A stretch of 64,000 bases of DNA, taken from Candidatus Hydrogenedentota bacterium (GTDB taxonomy: Bacteria; Hydrogenedentota; Hydrogenedentia; Hydrogenedentales; SLHB01). The translations under genes were made by a program, and so were the position numbers. The stretch spans positions 128,001 through 192,000 of the forward strand of contig CAXXYE010000007.1 of assembly GCA_963674865.2 (NCBI GenBank). The letters are read 5' to 3'. The notes below the pieces were generated by a model. That model ran no database searches. It had not been told where the DNA came from and worked only from the letters and a program-made list of their open reading frames with translations. Below, one piece after another: positions 62,729 through 64,000 of this stretch (within the stretch, counting starts at the first letter, position 1; each line of letters opens with the position of its first letter).

Positions 62729-63448
62729 ATGAGAATAGCCATACTCGCCGCGCTCATCGCAGCGGCCCTCCTCCCGCTTCCCCGCGCGGAGGCGCAGAGC
62801 GTCGTTGGCGATGTCCTCGCCGGGAAACTCGTCAAGCCCAAGGTGGGCCAGTGGGCCTGGTACGACCTGGCCGAGGCCCGGGGCGATAACGTCTACAAGG
62901 TGCGCCTCGCCGTCGTCGGGAAAGAAAAGGTTGGCCGAAGGACCGGCCACTGGCTCGAGGCGGAGGTACTTCCCCCCGAGGGATTTGCCACGGTAATGAA
63001 GATGCTCCTCACGGGGCCCGCCGACGACCCCAAGAATGTCCATCGCGTTCTCCAGAGGCAAGGCCTCGAACCCGTCCAGGAGTTGCCGCTGGCCAAGAAC
63101 CAGGAAGACGCGGCGGGCGATGCAAACGCGGCCAAGCCGCCGCGTGAATCCCTCGGCCGTGAAGACGTCGAAACACCCAAGGGCGCTATCAAAGCGGAGC
63201 ACGTCCGGATCGGCGAAGGCGCCGGAGCGATGGAGATCTGGCTGAACGACGATGTGAGGCCCATGGGCATTGTCCGGCTCGTTTCCCCCGAAGGTGAGAT
63301 GCGTATCCGTGACTACGGCGTAGGCGGAGAGGCCGGCGAGAGCGCTCTCGACCGGACCCCTCCTCCTCCTGCCCCGGTTGAAGTGAAGGTAAGCGTTGAG
63401 GATATGCCTCAAGCCCAGGAAGACCAATCCGAGGAAGCCAAGCCATGA
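62729..63448 (+). CDS. Hypothetical exported protein
   Basis: Signal peptide ending AEA; PKVGQWAWY, EDVETPKGAIKAEH, W.NDDVRPMGIVR. Confidence 0.7.
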   Translation: MRIAILAALIAAALLPLPRAEAQSVVGDVLAGKLVKPKVGQWAWYDLAEARGDNVYKVRLAVVGKEKVGRRTGHWLEAEVLPPEGFATVMKMLLTGPADDPKNVHRVLQRQGLEPVQELPLAKNQEDAAGDANAAKPPRESLGREDVETPKGAIKAEHVRIGEGAGAMEIWLNDDVRPMGIVRLVSPEGEMRIRDYGVGGEAGESALDRTPPPPAPVEVKVSVEDMPQAQEDQSEEAKP

Positions 63449-64000
63449 AGCCTACGTGCAAGCGTTATCTGACGAGGGTGACGGCCCTTTTGCTGTGTGG
63501 ACTCGCTCTGTCTTGCCAGACCTTCTCCACTTCGAAGACCAAGCCCCATCCGCAGCCTCGGGAAACCGGTGAGTTCCGGCCCGCAACCTTCGTCTCGCCG
63601 ATACACCGCCAGGAGGGGCGCTACCCAGGTCTGCTCGGGGACGGCTCCTACGCCGTATGGATTGGCCCTGAGGTGGCCTCTTTCAAGCGCGGCCAGGCTG
63701 TCGCGCAGGGCGAATCGGTTGATCCCGAACTTGGCGAGGAGGCCGACTACCTTACCGCCAACTACATTATTATCGAGTGTCATCTGGAATCCGTCTTCGC
63801 CGACATGAGCATCGCGTACGATGTCGTCGGCCTGCGGGGGCTCGATCTGTTCCTAGAGACTCCGGACGGCGGCCGGATAGCCCCCATCCAGACGGTGATC
63901 GCGTCCTCTCTCGAAGAGGAGCAGCGAAACGCCCTCAAGTTGTTCCGCCGGACCACGCTGGCCGTTTTTTCCAAGCAAGATGTTTGGCTTGATGCCCCCG
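63445..64000 (+). CDS. Putative lipoprotein, truncated by window end
   Basis: Manual translation MKPTCKRYLTRVTALLLCGLALSCQT... stays open to 64000; ATGA overlap with upstream gene; lipobox LALSC; absent from the ORF track because it has no stop. Confidence 0.7.
   Translation, partial: MKPTCKRYLTRVTALLLCGLALSCQTFSTSKTKPHPQPRETGEFRPATFVSPIHRQEGRYPGLLGDGSYAVWIGPEVASFKRGQAVAQGESVDPELGEEADYLTANYIIIECHLESVFADMSIAYDVVGLRGLDLFLETPDGGRIAPIQTVIASSLEEEQRNALKLFRRTTLAVFSKQDVWLDAP

Noticed and set aside
1..64000. tRNA, rRNA, riboswitches, prophage or defence systems
   Set aside because: No recognisable signatures by eye; a covariance-model search would be needed to exclude small RNAs

Overview
GC-rich bacterial chromosomal window. 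The lineage is uncertain; the secreted beta-helix protein style suggests a Hydrogenedentes/PVC-like organism (inference). It holds about 52 plausible genes: (i) a sigma54-type phage-shock operon (pspA, a 2TM protein, three tandem PspB-like genes, pspC); (ii) a glycan-processing block (sulfatase, two tandem GH29 fucosidases, GH2-like, DUF4838, FGE-sialidase fusion); (iii) aromatic biosynthesis genes (pabB-pabC fusion, aroA, aroK-aroC fusion, aroE) plus a second, strongly remodelled AroC paralog with altered substrate-binding motifs and a ~65-aa insertion; (iv) a surface-protein gene bracketed by at least five copies of an ordered ~150-175 bp three-module composite repeat and several REP-like palindrome families; (v) an EIIA-zinc ribbon fusion; (vi) an active/inactive DUF3857-transglutaminase pair; (vii) an intact IS1202-like element with a 17-bp target duplication next to a pagL-like promoter; (viii) an FkbM methyltransferase broken by a 5-bp tandem duplication; and (ix) a protease-TPR / Ser-Thr kinase / TPR-CsgG lipoprotein cluster. 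I recognised no rRNA, tRNA or CRISPR array. All calls come from reading motifs by eye; no searches were run.
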